A DNA stretch of 64,000 nucleotides from IMGVR_UViG_3300032236_001850:370510-434509, one strand, 5' to 3'; counted from the first letter of the stretch, positions 29,540-39,884 are shown. Notes: a model not told the origin generated them from the sequence alone. Made by a program: numbers and translations.

Positions 29540-30001
29540 GGGCCAACACGGTATTGATTGGCAGAGTTCGTTCTTTGAGATGCAGGCAGAGTTAGTATTG
29601 GAAACTCTTAAATAACCTATACAACGCTTTAAACGGCAAAAACAACGTTTGGGAAACTATCAACGCGTTTGGTACTCCCGTAGCTAAGACTGAGCTTGCG
29701 ATAGCGGCATAGTCGACCTGGTCTCACTTACCAAGGAAAGTAAAGGTGAAAATCCCGGGTGGCTCCCTCAAGACTTCGGTCGTCGTCAAGGCGTACCTTG
29801 AGCATCCAGATCCTAGAGATCTATACAGGGGGTGAAAGAAAACCGTTTTAGAAACATGTACGTAACATGTTGTTCCGACGTATGATACCTTTAGTCGTAA
29901 AAGAAGGGAATTATTTGGTAGCATTAGAAAAAGTTACTAAGCCTGTGAATGAGTCCTTTGGCTATCTGAACAAGACGAGGGTTCGAATCCCTCTTGGTCC
30001 A
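29540..30001 (+). ncRNA. ssrA: tmRNA (about 462 nt)
   Basis: Acceptor GGGCCAA/TTGGTCC-A with G3:U wobble; T-arm GAGGG-TTCGAAT-CCCTC; GCAGGC/GCCTGT helix; PK1 AGAGTT/AACTCT; tag ORF ends in AA-stop. Confidence 0.93.
29635..29712 (+). other. tmRNA tag reading frame GKNNVWETINAFGTPVAKTELAIAA*
   Basis: Resume codon GGC after TTAAAC, downstream of PK1. Confidence 0.8.
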
Positions 30002-30010
30002 CACGGAATT

Positions 30011-30040
30011 TCGAGGATCTTAATCGATCCTCGATTTTTT
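30011..30040 (+). terminator. Terminator after tmRNA
   Basis: TCGAGGATC-N6-GATCCTCGA-TTTTTT. Confidence 0.8.
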
Positions 30041-30067
30041 ATTAAATTAACTAAATCAAATCAAAAA

Positions 30068-30448
30068 ATGGAAGCTGTAATTATTTTATTAGTGTGTATC
30101 GTATTACCTGTTGTTATAATGGTAATAGGTATTAAGAAATCGAAAAAAGAAAGAATCGAGGAAAGAGACGAAATGTTTTATGAAGGTGACGTAAAGTTTG
30201 GAGAAAATGCTGACGGTACACCAATAGAAATCAATGACACTCCTGCTCCTATAGATGCTGTTGAAGAGGTTACTAAAATATTAACTGATGAGGTTGAAAA
30301 GATAACAAAGCCTAAAAAGAAAAAACCAGGTAGAAAGAAAAAATCTGAATTTCCTATAGAACCAGTAGCACCTAAACCAAAATCAAAAAGAGGTAGAAAA
30401 CCAAAGAATAAAGATAAGAAAGGTGGAGATCAGATGTTATTAAGCTAA
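30068..30448 (+). CDS. Membrane-anchored protein with Lys-rich tail
   Basis: True start is ATG 30068 (MEAVIILLV...); the track's extension overlaps the tmRNA. Confidence 0.65.
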   Translation: MEAVIILLVCIVLPVVIMVIGIKKSKKERIEERDEMFYEGDVKFGENADGTPIEINDTPAPIDAVEEVTKILTDEVEKITKPKKKKPGRKKKSEFPIEPVAPKPKSKRGRKPKNKDKKGGDQMLLS

Positions 30449-30487
30449 TACTATAAACTTAATAATTCACTATTGATTTACATCATA

Positions 30488-30519
30488 AGGCTCTATAATA
30501 TTTTAATAGAGCCTTTTTT
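30488..30519 (+). terminator. Rho-independent terminator
   Basis: AAGGCTCTAT..ATAGAGCCTTTTTT. Confidence 0.75.
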
Positions 30520-30539
30520 ATTATATCTAAATTATACCT

Positions 30540-30980
30540 ATGAAATTTTTAATCGCATTATTATTTTTTATATCCTTTGGATATTCACAAAAGTCTGGTA
30601 TTTGTGGTGCATCCTTTTCATATTCTAAGAAAAGTAACAGTATCCTACTAAATACCCCTATTTCATTATTTCAAACCGAGGATGCAGATTACCACGTTAG
30701 AGTTAGGCTGAGAAGAGAAGTTCCGATTGGTGCGATTAATGGTGTTGAATATGGAAACATGATAGAACAACCATTTTTTGAATATGATGGTTATAAAACA
30801 TCCATGTTTTGGGCATTTAGCACATTAACATCAGTAAAACATAAAGTAAAAAAGAAAGGCACAATAGACACTAATTTTGAACTATTTTACACCAAAAAAG
30901 GTGAGTATTTTATGACAATAGATAAAATGTGCTATGATAATGTAATAGAATCAAATGAGGTTTCAATAACAATAAAATAA
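30540..30980 (+). CDS. Secreted hypothetical protein
   Basis: Signal peptide ending GYS|Q. Confidence 0.55.
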   Translation: MKFLIALLFFISFGYSQKSGICGASFSYSKKSNSILLNTPISLFQTEDADYHVRVRLRREVPIGAINGVEYGNMIEQPFFEYDGYKTSMFWAFSTLTSVKHKVKKKGTIDTNFELFYTKKGEYFMTIDKMCYDNVIESNEVSITIK

Positions 30981-31717
30981 TGGAAGCATTTTTAGAAAAG
31001 ATAAATGGCGAGTGGTTGGATGATTTTGTTTATATAGCAAAACAACCATTAATAGATATGGGATATAAAATAGTCCCGTATGATGGTGATGATTTGGAAC
31101 ACACGCTAGTGATGAGAAATCCAGATCCCAACACTGATATTTGTATAGGATCTGTGCAGGGAACTGAAAGATTTTTTCAAGCCTGTGGAGTTGAGATCCC
31201 TAAATATTTGGGTTATCCTGAGCAGCTTAGAAAGTATCTTGGTAGAAAAATAGAAACAACAACCTTTGGGGAACTTGGTACAGATTTTCCATATTTTGTG
31301 AAGCCTGCTGAATCTATTAAAATGTTTACCGGTGATGTTGTGGATAATTCTAAACATCTTGAATACCTGGTTGCTTTTGATAAATGCCTTCCAGATACAC
31401 CCGTTATAAAATCAGAGGTCATGGAATTTCTCTCAGAATATAGAGTTTTTGTTAGTCATGGTAAAATCTATGACGTTAAACACTACAAAGGAACATGGAA
31501 GGAACATATTAGCTCTAATATCATTGAGTTAATGGTTAAGGATTACACAGACTGTCCTTCTGCATACACATTGGATGTGGGTCTGAATTCAAAAGGTCTA
31601 ACAAAGTTAGTTGAGGTGAATGATATGTGGGCTATAGGATCTTATGGTATGGATGGAAGGGACTATGCATTATTGTGTGCCAGAAGAATGAAAGAAATAT
31701 TAAAAAATTATAAATAA
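30980..31717 (+). CDS. ATP-grasp protein (DUF4343/R2K-like)
   Basis: FVKP, SEYRVFV, YTLDVG, LVEVND. Confidence 0.75.
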   Translation: MEAFLEKINGEWLDDFVYIAKQPLIDMGYKIVPYDGDDLEHTLVMRNPDPNTDICIGSVQGTERFFQACGVEIPKYLGYPEQLRKYLGRKIETTTFGELGTDFPYFVKPAESIKMFTGDVVDNSKHLEYLVAFDKCLPDTPVIKSEVMEFLSEYRVFVSHGKIYDVKHYKGTWKEHISSNIIELMVKDYTDCPSAYTLDVGLNSKGLTKLVEVNDMWAIGSYGMDGRDYALLCARRMKEILKNYK

Positions 31718-31750
31718 TTTTTTTATTCCGAATTTTTAATCTATATTTGC
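31718..31750 (+). promoter_or_regulatory. Bacteroidota-type promoter
   Basis: TTTTTTTATTCCG-N11-TATATTTGC. Confidence 0.7.
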
Positions 31751-31768
31751 ATCACTAAATTTAAAATT

Positions 31769-32275
31769 ATGAGCTTGAGACATCTAAAAAAAAGAATTAG
31801 TTTGGCCATGCCTAAACTTAAAAGAACAGTTAAAAGAGATATTTTTCAAATGTGTCCTAAGATGACAAGGGAGGAGAGGGCAATATCTGCAATGATACGA
31901 AATCTTTTGAGCAATCAGGAGAATAGAATAATTTACTCCATAAGAAGTAAATCTATAAGAATCCAAACCAAGGATAAAAAATATGTTGTTTCACTCACAA
32001 GCAGCTACATCAGGATAAATTTTGTTTTAATCTCGCTCAATGAAAGAATCGGTAACGTTCTTGTTGACCGAGTTATTGATAGAATGGAATCGGATATAGC
32101 AAATATGGATAATGATGTTATGTCAGATCAGAAAGAGTTTCTATCCGGGATGAATGATGTTTTTGTGAAAGCAAATGTCGAATCTGCTAAAAGATCACAG
32201 CTGATTAAAAATGCCTCATCCAGAAATATCGAAAGCACACTTTCTAGAATAATGAAAGAACCAATAAATGCCTAA
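31769..32275 (+). CDS. Hypothetical protein
   Basis: First gene after promoter. Confidence 0.5.
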   Translation: MSLRHLKKRISLAMPKLKRTVKRDIFQMCPKMTREERAISAMIRNLLSNQENRIIYSIRSKSIRIQTKDKKYVVSLTSSYIRINFVLISLNERIGNVLVDRVIDRMESDIANMDNDVMSDQKEFLSGMNDVFVKANVESAKRSQLIKNASSRNIESTLSRIMKEPINA

Positions 32276-32542
32276 AAACGAAAGTTACGGAACTCATGAG
32301 GAATTGAAGGATGTAGCTGTAATTATGAGAAAAGCAATGTTTGATTTTATAATGGGTAAAATAACAAAGTATGCTTTTCTCCAGATATATTATGGGTATG
32401 AGTGCTTCCTACTTGAACATGGCTATGTCGAGACTGAAGATCCTTATTTTGAGATGGATCTCCCTGATGGTGAAAGATTCGTTCATGATGCATTATACAA
32501 CCATAATGTTGTTTGGAAAGAAATTAAAAAATAAATTATAAT

Positions 32543-33250
32543 ATGTTGAAGATAACACTAATTAGTGATACACACAATAAACATCGTCAGTTAACGGAAG
32601 ATCTTCCTGGTGGAGATCTTCTTCTTTTTGCTGGTGACATAATGGGTACAGGGTACAAAAAGGAGGAACTTCGGGATTTCTGTGAATGGTTTAATTCACT
32701 GGATCAATATGAAACTAAAATATTCATAGCTGGAAATCACGATCGCATATTCGAAAATTTTCCTGTTGAAGCTAATATGATAGTTAATGAATATCCAAAT
32801 ATTACCTATCTACAGGATGATTGCGATTCCCATTTTATAAATGGTAGTCAAGATAATTTTGTTAGTATCTATGGATCACCTTGGCAACCATGGTTTTATA
32901 ACTGGGCTTTCAATTTACCAAGAAGAGGTCCTGGGCTTATGTCTAAATGGGAAGCTATACCGGAGCTAACAGATATTCTAATAACTCATGGTCCAGCTTT
33001 CGGATATTTAGATACTGTTGAAGGTAGAAGAAATGAGAATCTTGGGTGTGAATTATTAACCGAGAGAATAAAGGAGATAAAACCAAAAATCCACCTTTGT
33101 GGCCACATCCATACGGGTTATGGTTATGTTTTCGATGGGGATACACACTTCTTTAATGCGTCGGTTCTTAATGAGGATTATAACTATGCTCATAAACCAT
33201 TTGTCTTCGAATGGGATCCTGTTACTAATGAGATAATTTTTCCGGAATAA
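32543..33250 (+). CDS. Calcineurin-like metallophosphoesterase
   Basis: SDTH, AGD, AGNHD, THGP, GHIH. Confidence 0.9.
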   Translation: MLKITLISDTHNKHRQLTEDLPGGDLLLFAGDIMGTGYKKEELRDFCEWFNSLDQYETKIFIAGNHDRIFENFPVEANMIVNEYPNITYLQDDCDSHFINGSQDNFVSIYGSPWQPWFYNWAFNLPRRGPGLMSKWEAIPELTDILITHGPAFGYLDTVEGRRNENLGCELLTERIKEIKPKIHLCGHIHTGYGYVFDGDTHFFNASVLNEDYNYAHKPFVFEWDPVTNEIIFPE

Positions 33251-33309
33251 ATTCATATACTGTTGAAATTTATCCAGATTTTTGTCATATAAAAAGACAA
33301 ACATCATAA

Positions 33310-34089
33310 ATGAAAACCTTCTCTAAACCTTCTGAAGCAATAAAATGGACAAAGGAAAGACTATCCAATTATGGATATGTTGTTAAAACCGAAAGATGGC
33401 AAGGCATCGAATCACCCGACGACATGTGGGAAACTATGAATCATTCTTTTCAGTTTTTTATACCTGATACACTAGAGGAACTTAAAGAGGAGGTTAGACC
33501 AAACCTTCCCTGGGCTGATGATCATTTCGGTGAAAGAATTAGTGGAAGTCCACTTAATCCGCCGCCTTCTCATAATTGGTGGCCATTTGCCCAAAAGAAT
33601 AACGAACAGTTTGGTGGTAACGAAAAATTCTCTCATACATATCCAGAGAGAATATGGCCAAAGAATGCTGGTGAAAATGGAGATGATGCTATACTTTCTG
33701 GTATTAGATTTGCTTATGGTGATTTTGGAGATGTTATAGATTTAATGTATAGAGAACCTTTCACTAGACAAGCATTTTTACCCATATGGTTTCCCGAAGA
33801 TACTGGTACAGTTCATGGAGAAAGGGTTCCATGCACAATAGGTTATCACTTTATGAGAAGAGGTGAAAATCTTCATATTGTTTATTATATCAGATCCTGC
33901 GATTACATAAGACACTTCAGGGACGATGTTTATATGGCCTGTAGAAAGCTGATGTATATCCTGGATATGTTGAAGCTAAGAGATTGGGAAAGATGGAAAG
34001 ATGTTAAACCTGGATATTTTGCAATGCACATAACTTCGTTACATTGTTTCAATAGTGAGAAAGGAATATTAAAACAATCAAAATTATAA
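33310..34089 (+). CDS. Thymidylate-synthase-family enzyme, probably dCMP-modifying
   Basis: TRQA, PC (catalytic Cys), RSCD..D with Asp at the TS Asn position, SLH. Confidence 0.7.
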   Translation: MKTFSKPSEAIKWTKERLSNYGYVVKTERWQGIESPDDMWETMNHSFQFFIPDTLEELKEEVRPNLPWADDHFGERISGSPLNPPPSHNWWPFAQKNNEQFGGNEKFSHTYPERIWPKNAGENGDDAILSGIRFAYGDFGDVIDLMYREPFTRQAFLPIWFPEDTGTVHGERVPCTIGYHFMRRGENLHIVYYIRSCDYIRHFRDDVYMACRKLMYILDMLKLRDWERWKDVKPGYFAMHITSLHCFNSEKGILKQSKL

Positions 34090-34677
34090 AGATGGAAAAA
34101 CCTGTAATATTAGGACCGGATTTCAAGGCCATAAACGAACCTTCGGAAAGCATAAAAAAGCACTATGCTAAACTTTATGAAAGAAATCAAAATAAATTCA
34201 TAAGAAGATCCAAACTTGAACAATCCCACTTGGGAAGTGAGTTTGAACACAATGGTAGAACCCTTAGACTTATAGGATCAGCTGATAGTGATAGAATGGT
34301 GGTTGTTGACGAATCAGATAACACTTACTATTTTATACATTCGGATATCCCAACCAATGCAATATTAAACAAAGAATAAGATTTTGTTAGAATATTATAT
34401 AAAAACTATAGACCCAAGATCACATATAGGCGTATGTGAAATTATCTCTTTAATGGGGATAGAAATACTTGAGGATGGATTTGGTGATTCTACTGATGAT
34501 TACTATGGTATTTTTAAAGTTTTCTCTGATACTGATGCTCTTGACGTTCTTTCCGACCTTCCGGATGTCCAAATAGATTTTCCTAGCGAAAGAGTAATTA
34601 GATAAAAATCCTGATAATACTTGGATATATAAGTCAAATAAACTTTAGGTGTATTGGGCGATAAACCAAAAGTAATT

Positions 34678-35061
34678 ATGGACGAAAAAGAAATAACTCA
34701 AGCTTTTCTGATGAAGGAGATATTAGGCGAGATCAAAGATCTCAAATCTAATATGCCTAATGGAGAAATAAAAATTCTTCAAACCAGCATGGATGATATA
34801 AAGAGGGAGCAAAAATCCATCAAAGATGACATGTCTGATATAAAGAAGAAATTATTAGATCCAGATGATGGTGTAATAGTAAAGGTTAACGAAAACACAA
34901 AGTTTAGGATCCAAGAACAGGATCGCTATGACGATTATATGCAATTCACTATCGATATTCAGGAGATGAAAACCTGGAAGAAGGGAGTTAATCAGGCATT
35001 GTGGATTCTTTTCGGTGCACTCATAGCAGTAGCTGCTAAAGTAATATTTGGCGTAGGGTAA
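34678..35061 (+). CDS. Coiled-coil protein with C-terminal TM helix (late promoter)
   Basis: Heptads plus ALWILFGALIAVAA; GATATATA at 34624; ATG 34678 preferred. Confidence 0.5.
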   Translation: MDEKEITQAFLMKEILGEIKDLKSNMPNGEIKILQTSMDDIKREQKSIKDDMSDIKKKLLDPDDGVIVKVNENTKFRIQEQDRYDDYMQFTIDIQEMKTWKKGVNQALWILFGALIAVAAKVIFGVG

Positions 35062-35065
35062 TATC

Positions 35066-35810
35066 ATGGATATAGATTCACACACATTTAGAGATTTTAT
35101 TTATATAAAAGATAAAAGTGGTGTGTATCTTGGTGATCTTTTTTACGAGAGAATTAAATTAGCTCTAGCAAAGAATAAAAAACTAGCTTCCCTTTTTACC
35201 TCGGTGGATAATGATCCAAACAACCCAGGCACCTCACAAATATTTATGTGCACTATAGAGAGTGAAAATTTTCCCACATTTCTTCGAGAATATTTAAGCT
35301 GGTGTGAATCCAAGGAGGATTACGAGAAATGTTCAGAAATAATGAGTTTAAATATTTTATGATTCATTATGAAAGATTCGGATATAAAAAAATATGACAT
35401 TTACTTAAAATTATATTCCGAAATAATGAGTAATGGGGGAAAAACCAAAACCATTTCGGAAATAAAAGAATGTCTGGAAACTTTTGAAGCTTTGGAAGAT
35501 TATGACAAATGTAAGGATCTTCTAAATATCATAAGAATGGAACGTAAGAATAAAGATGTTAATAAACAGTAGAGAGAATCAAAGATTTGTTTTTGAAAAC
35601 GCATACAATAGTATGCTTAAATACGGAAAGGAAAGCATGATGTCTCACAAAATATTATCAAGAAGAGACGAGATAGAATCCTCCATGATAAAATATTATG
35701 AATCAACGGAGGAATTTGAAAAGTGTAAATTCATATTGGATTTCTTTAAGGACTTGGAAGAAACACTACAAAAAGGACTGGAAACGGTTGATATAGAAGA
35801 CATTAAGTAA
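35066..35810 (+). CDS. Three tandem small genes (35066-35362, 35369-35572, 35556-35810), each with a UVR-like ExxE(D/E)(Y/F)(E/D)KC motif
   Basis: ESKEDYEKCSEI, EALEDYDKCKDL, ESTEEFEKCKFI. Confidence 0.6.
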
Positions 35811-35825
35811 ATATACCATAAAAAA

Positions 35826-35861
35826 ATAAAGGTTTCAGCAATATTACTGAAACCTTTATTT
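35826..35861 (+). terminator. Terminator hairpin overlapping a GAAAC-N18-TATAAA promoter
   Basis: AATAAAGGTTTCAG..CTGAAACCTTTATT. Confidence 0.65.
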
Positions 35862-35903
35862 TGTTGCTAGATATAAATATCATTAAACATTAAAAAACAA
35901 TTA

Positions 35904-37475
35904 ATGAAATTTTCAGATCTAACTACAGAACAGATTACAACAATTTCGGATGTTTATTGGGATAGAAATTTAGCTTGGGATGATAGAATGGCCAAACTTA
36001 AAAATTATCTAGGTAAATCTGAAAGAACTGTTCAATCCTGGGTTTCCAAATTGGGAATAACGGAGAAGGCTTTGCAAGAATCCCCGCAATTTATAAAAGC
36101 TAAAGAAAGAAAATTCAATAAGAAGAAGAAAAGATTCATTATCACATGGGCTCAGAACGATACGCCTGTACACGATACTTTCATCGAGAATATTGAAGCC
36201 TATGCTGATTTTATAAATGCAGATATTCATATAATAGCAGGAAGATATAAAAATCCAACATCAGTATTTAGTGATAGGAATTATGATACTTGGTCGGAAA
36301 GAATCGAACAGTATTTGGATGCTGGTAGACACGAGGTTCATAAGCACATGTGGATCATGTCCGATGTTAAGATTCAACCAACTGCGGTGGATCCAATGAC
36401 AGGATTACAAGGTATGAGTGGTATAAATTCATGCGTTTTTGGATCACCCAAGGTTCACATGGAAACAATTCCCGTATTGGAGGGAAATCTACCAAAGATG
36501 ATGATGACTACTGGAGCATGTACAGTTAATAATTATACAGATTCTAAAGCTGGTAAAAAAGGTGAATTTCACCACACTCTTGGTTTTGTTGTTATAGAAA
36601 TAAAGGACAAGGACACATTCTTTGCCAGACAAGTTACTGCAAATGATTATGGTGATTTCACGGATCTTTATTATAATGTTTCCTATGATGCAGGTGAGGA
36701 GAGAGGTTTGGTAAAAAGAATCGAAAAGGTTTCTGCTGCCATATTAGGAGACCTACACTATGGTCAACATGACGAGAGAGTGATAAGTAAGACTTTGGAT
36801 TTATTTTCTCTTATACATCCAGAAAACGTTGTTTTACACGATGTCTTTGATGGTCTTTCAATTAACCATCACGAATCGAAAGATCCGTTCATTCAATTCC
36901 AAAGGGAGATTGATGGAACTAACTCACTAAAGAAGGAAGTTGATGAAATGCTGGAAGGCTTAGAGGTATTTAAAGATTATAATACAATCATAGTTAGAAG
37001 TAACCACGATGACTTTTTGGACAGATGGTTAAAAGGCACAGACTGGAGAAAAGCTTCAACGTTAAAGAACTCAATAGAGTACATGGAATACAGTGCTTTG
37101 TTACTTAAAGGTAAAGCACCAAATGGTATAATCCCATATCTAATAAATGAAAAATTCCCAAATTATATAACTTTAGGTCGTAGCGATAGTTTTGTTATAA
37201 ATGGATGGGAACTTGGACAACATGGTGATATAGGTTCCAATGGAACTAGAGGATCATTACTTCAGTTTAGAAAATTAAACACAAAGATAGTTGTTGGCCA
37301 CTATCATTCACCAGGTAGAAAAGACGGAGCTTTAGCCGTTGGTACATCAACCAAATTAAGAGTTAATTACAACATAGGACCTAGTGGATGGCTTCAATCT
37401 CACGTCATTATACATGAGGATGGGAAAGCACAACATATAAACTTCATAAAAGGAGAATTTACAACTTTAAAATAA
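35904..37475 (+). CDS. Large metallophosphoesterase-fold nuclease (T5 A1-like) with N-terminal HTH
   Basis: GDLH, HDVFDG, SNHD, HGD, GHYHSP; AQNDT and GEFHH resemble A1-like proteins as I recall them. Confidence 0.55.
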   Translation: MKFSDLTTEQITTISDVYWDRNLAWDDRMAKLKNYLGKSERTVQSWVSKLGITEKALQESPQFIKAKERKFNKKKKRFIITWAQNDTPVHDTFIENIEAYADFINADIHIIAGRYKNPTSVFSDRNYDTWSERIEQYLDAGRHEVHKHMWIMSDVKIQPTAVDPMTGLQGMSGINSCVFGSPKVHMETIPVLEGNLPKMMMTTGACTVNNYTDSKAGKKGEFHHTLGFVVIEIKDKDTFFARQVTANDYGDFTDLYYNVSYDAGEERGLVKRIEKVSAAILGDLHYGQHDERVISKTLDLFSLIHPENVVLHDVFDGLSINHHESKDPFIQFQREIDGTNSLKKEVDEMLEGLEVFKDYNTIIVRSNHDDFLDRWLKGTDWRKASTLKNSIEYMEYSALLLKGKAPNGIIPYLINEKFPNYITLGRSDSFVINGWELGQHGDIGSNGTRGSLLQFRKLNTKIVVGHYHSPGRKDGALAVGTSTKLRVNYNIGPSGWLQSHVIIHEDGKAQHINFIKGEFTTLK

Positions 37476-37481
37476 AAATCA

Positions 37482-38069
37482 ATGTTCAATAATATAGACG
37501 TTTCTCAATTGAAACTAGTAGCCGGAGTGGATGAAGTTGGACGTGGATGCCTTTCAGGCGCGGTTGTAGCTGCAGCTGTTATATTGCCACCTGGATTTAA
37601 TGATCCTAGAATAAAAGATAGCAAAAAAATTAAAAGCCTTAAGAAAAGAGAGGAAGCAGAAAAAATCATAATGGATAATGCTATTTGTTGGGGTATAGGT
37701 GCAGCTTCACCGGAGGAAGTTGATAGGATAAATATACTACAAGCAACTTTTTTAGCAATGAAAAGAGCTCTAGATTGTTGTGGTAAGGTTCCTGAATTTT
37801 TGTACATTGATGGTGACAAATTTCCTGGATACAACGGAATACCATACGAATGTGTTATAAAAGGTGATTCCCTAATACCTTCAATTGCAGCAGCATCCAT
37901 ACTTGCTAAAGTTCACAGAGATAGGTTAATGAAATCTTTGGATAATGAATTTCCTAAATATGGCTGGATAACAAATGTTGGTTATGGAACAGCAGACCAC
38001 ATAAAGGCCATAAAGGAAATAGGTATAACAAAACATCACAGAAAAACTTTCTGTCAAAATTTTATTTAA
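37482..38069 (+). CDS. rnhB: Ribonuclease HII
   Basis: GVDEVGRG, DSKK, IDG, KGD, AASILAKV, GYGT. Confidence 0.95.
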   Translation: MFNNIDVSQLKLVAGVDEVGRGCLSGAVVAAAVILPPGFNDPRIKDSKKIKSLKKREEAEKIIMDNAICWGIGAASPEEVDRINILQATFLAMKRALDCCGKVPEFLYIDGDKFPGYNGIPYECVIKGDSLIPSIAAASILAKVHRDRLMKSLDNEFPKYGWITNVGYGTADHIKAIKEIGITKHHRKTFCQNFI

Positions 38070-38070
38070 T

Positions 38071-38903
38071 ATGGAAAACAACGAAGAAAAAGAATTTTTA
38101 GTGGCTGACGAGTTTAGCATCATGGATGAGGATCAAATCCAAAAAGTAATAGGAGTAGAAAATTATGACCAAGCTGAATGGTGCTTCCAGTTTGACGACG
38201 AGGACCCAATCGTTATTGCCTGGAGCAATGATCAGAACGAACCTGGAGAATTAACTTTCATGTTGAAAGCAAACAGTGAAAGTAGAATAGCTTTCCAATC
38301 TGAGGATGGTTCTAAAACTCTAAGAATATTTGCAAGATCCATGTCCGAAGAGAAAAGACAAGAATTAGGTAGAAGCAATAATTCTGAAAAATAATTACAA
38401 AGATCTATAAAAATTTATAATTTTTTGGTATATACAACTAAAAAAAGTTAATAATGAAAAGTAATTATTTTTTAACAGTTGACTTAACGTCAAATAAAAA
38501 ATTCCTCAAGGATCAAATAGAAGAAATAAAATCCAATTTAGAACTCAATGAGGATTTCCTAAAATTCTGTACTTTATTTAGCACAGCATTAGATGTGAAT
38601 TTTAACGGCTATGTTGAAATTTATATTGAAGACCAACCATTCGATAATGACATTTTAAGTGAAGTTGAGGATTTGGTTGAAAATCTAGATTCATTCATTC
38701 CAGGAGGTTGGGTTAGCGATTCTAAAATAGAATGGATAAGCGAAATTCCAGATCAAACATACGTTTGGTTTAAGGATGGAAGTGAATGGTCAAGCGTGGT
38801 TAGAGAACACGACAGAGGATTCATAGGAGAAGAGGAAGAATGGGACGATGATTCTACAGATTCTTACAGTTCTTATGATGATTATGATGAAGATTCCTGG
38901 TAA
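38071..38903 (+). CDS. Two acidic hypothetical proteins (38071-38394, 38454-38903)
   Basis: ORF track. Confidence 0.5.
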
Positions 38904-38915
38904 GGATATATAATA

Positions 38916-39000
38916 TCAATTGTATTGAAGGTGCCTTTAGTACTTGATGTCCCGGGTCTAACGACCCTCGAGATGTTTGAATGAGCATCAAAGGGATTTT
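38916..39000 (+). ncRNA. Structured 5' leader complementary to the 3' UTR of the same gene
   Basis: TTGATGT/GCATCAA stem, GGGTC-TAAC-GACCC hairpin; 38919-38943 pairs with 39894-39916. Confidence 0.6.
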
Positions 39001-39020
39001 AAAAAATAAATAAGGTAAAA

Positions 39021-39884
39021 ATGAAAAACAAAAAACCCGGTATACTTAGCGGAATGACCGTTAGTAAACCACAAGCATGGATCGCAGTATCCAACAATCG
39101 TCAAAGAATCTATGACGCAAACACAGAAAACGAAAAAGTTTATCTGGAAGACGGACAAGAGTTTCAAATCGAACTCTACAATCCCACTGAAATTTCTTAT
39201 GTAGCTAAGATCTACGTAAATGGTCAGCTTATTAGCTCCTCTGGTTTGGTTTTAAAACCAGGACAGAGATATTTCCTTGATCGATTCATAGATGAAAACA
39301 AAAAACTAGTTTTCTCCACTTATGATGTCGAAAACACAGCAGGGGCTAAGGCTGCAATTGCAAAAAATGGTGATCTGAGAGTTGATTTCCATGCGGAGTA
39401 TTTCCAAAACTTTGCTTGGACAGCGGGAACGGGTACGGTAACAACTTGGGGTCTTCCTCATACTCTTACAGTAAACACCCCACCATTCTTTAGAGATTAT
39501 GGTAATTATTCCACACCAGTCTCTACATTTACCACTGCAACAACAGGTAACATAACTTACACTAGCGGAACAACAAACACATACTTTTGTTCAAATAGTG
39601 GAACTTTATCAACCAATATTAATTCTAGTTCTACAAGATCTAAATCTTCAAAAAGTATAGAGACAGGAAGAATAGAAAAAGGTGGTAAATCAAATCAAAG
39701 TTTCGATAATGATAACGGAACCTATAATTCATATGCTTCCTGGAGTTCTGCTTATAAAATACTTCCAAGATCAGCTAAGCCTGTGGAGGTTTCCGAAATC
39801 AGATCATATTGTCCAGGATGTGGTACCAGAATGAAAAAACAAAACTGGAAATTTTGCCCTACATGTGGGGAGTCACTAGACTAA
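39021..39884 (+). CDS. Uncharacterised protein: beta-rich domain, Thr/Ser linker, C-terminal zinc ribbon
   Basis: VYLEDGQEFQIELYNP; CPGCG..FCPTCG. Confidence 0.7.
   Translation: MKNKKPGILSGMTVSKPQAWIAVSNNRQRIYDANTENEKVYLEDGQEFQIELYNPTEISYVAKIYVNGQLISSSGLVLKPGQRYFLDRFIDENKKLVFSTYDVENTAGAKAAIAKNGDLRVDFHAEYFQNFAWTAGTGTVTTWGLPHTLTVNTPPFFRDYGNYSTPVSTFTTATTGNITYTSGTTNTYFCSNSGTLSTNINSSSTRSKSSKSIETGRIEKGGKSNQSFDNDNGTYNSYASWSSAYKILPRSAKPVEVSEIRSYCPGCGTRMKKQNWKFCPTCGESLD

Noticed and set aside
29970-30004. Stand-alone tRNA
   Set aside because: The T-arm and acceptor belong to the tmRNA; I saw no other tRNA in the window.
29724-30067. ORFs 29724-29924(-) and the N-terminal extension of 29867-30448
   Set aside because: They overlap the tmRNA and its terminator; the real CDS starts at ATG 30068.
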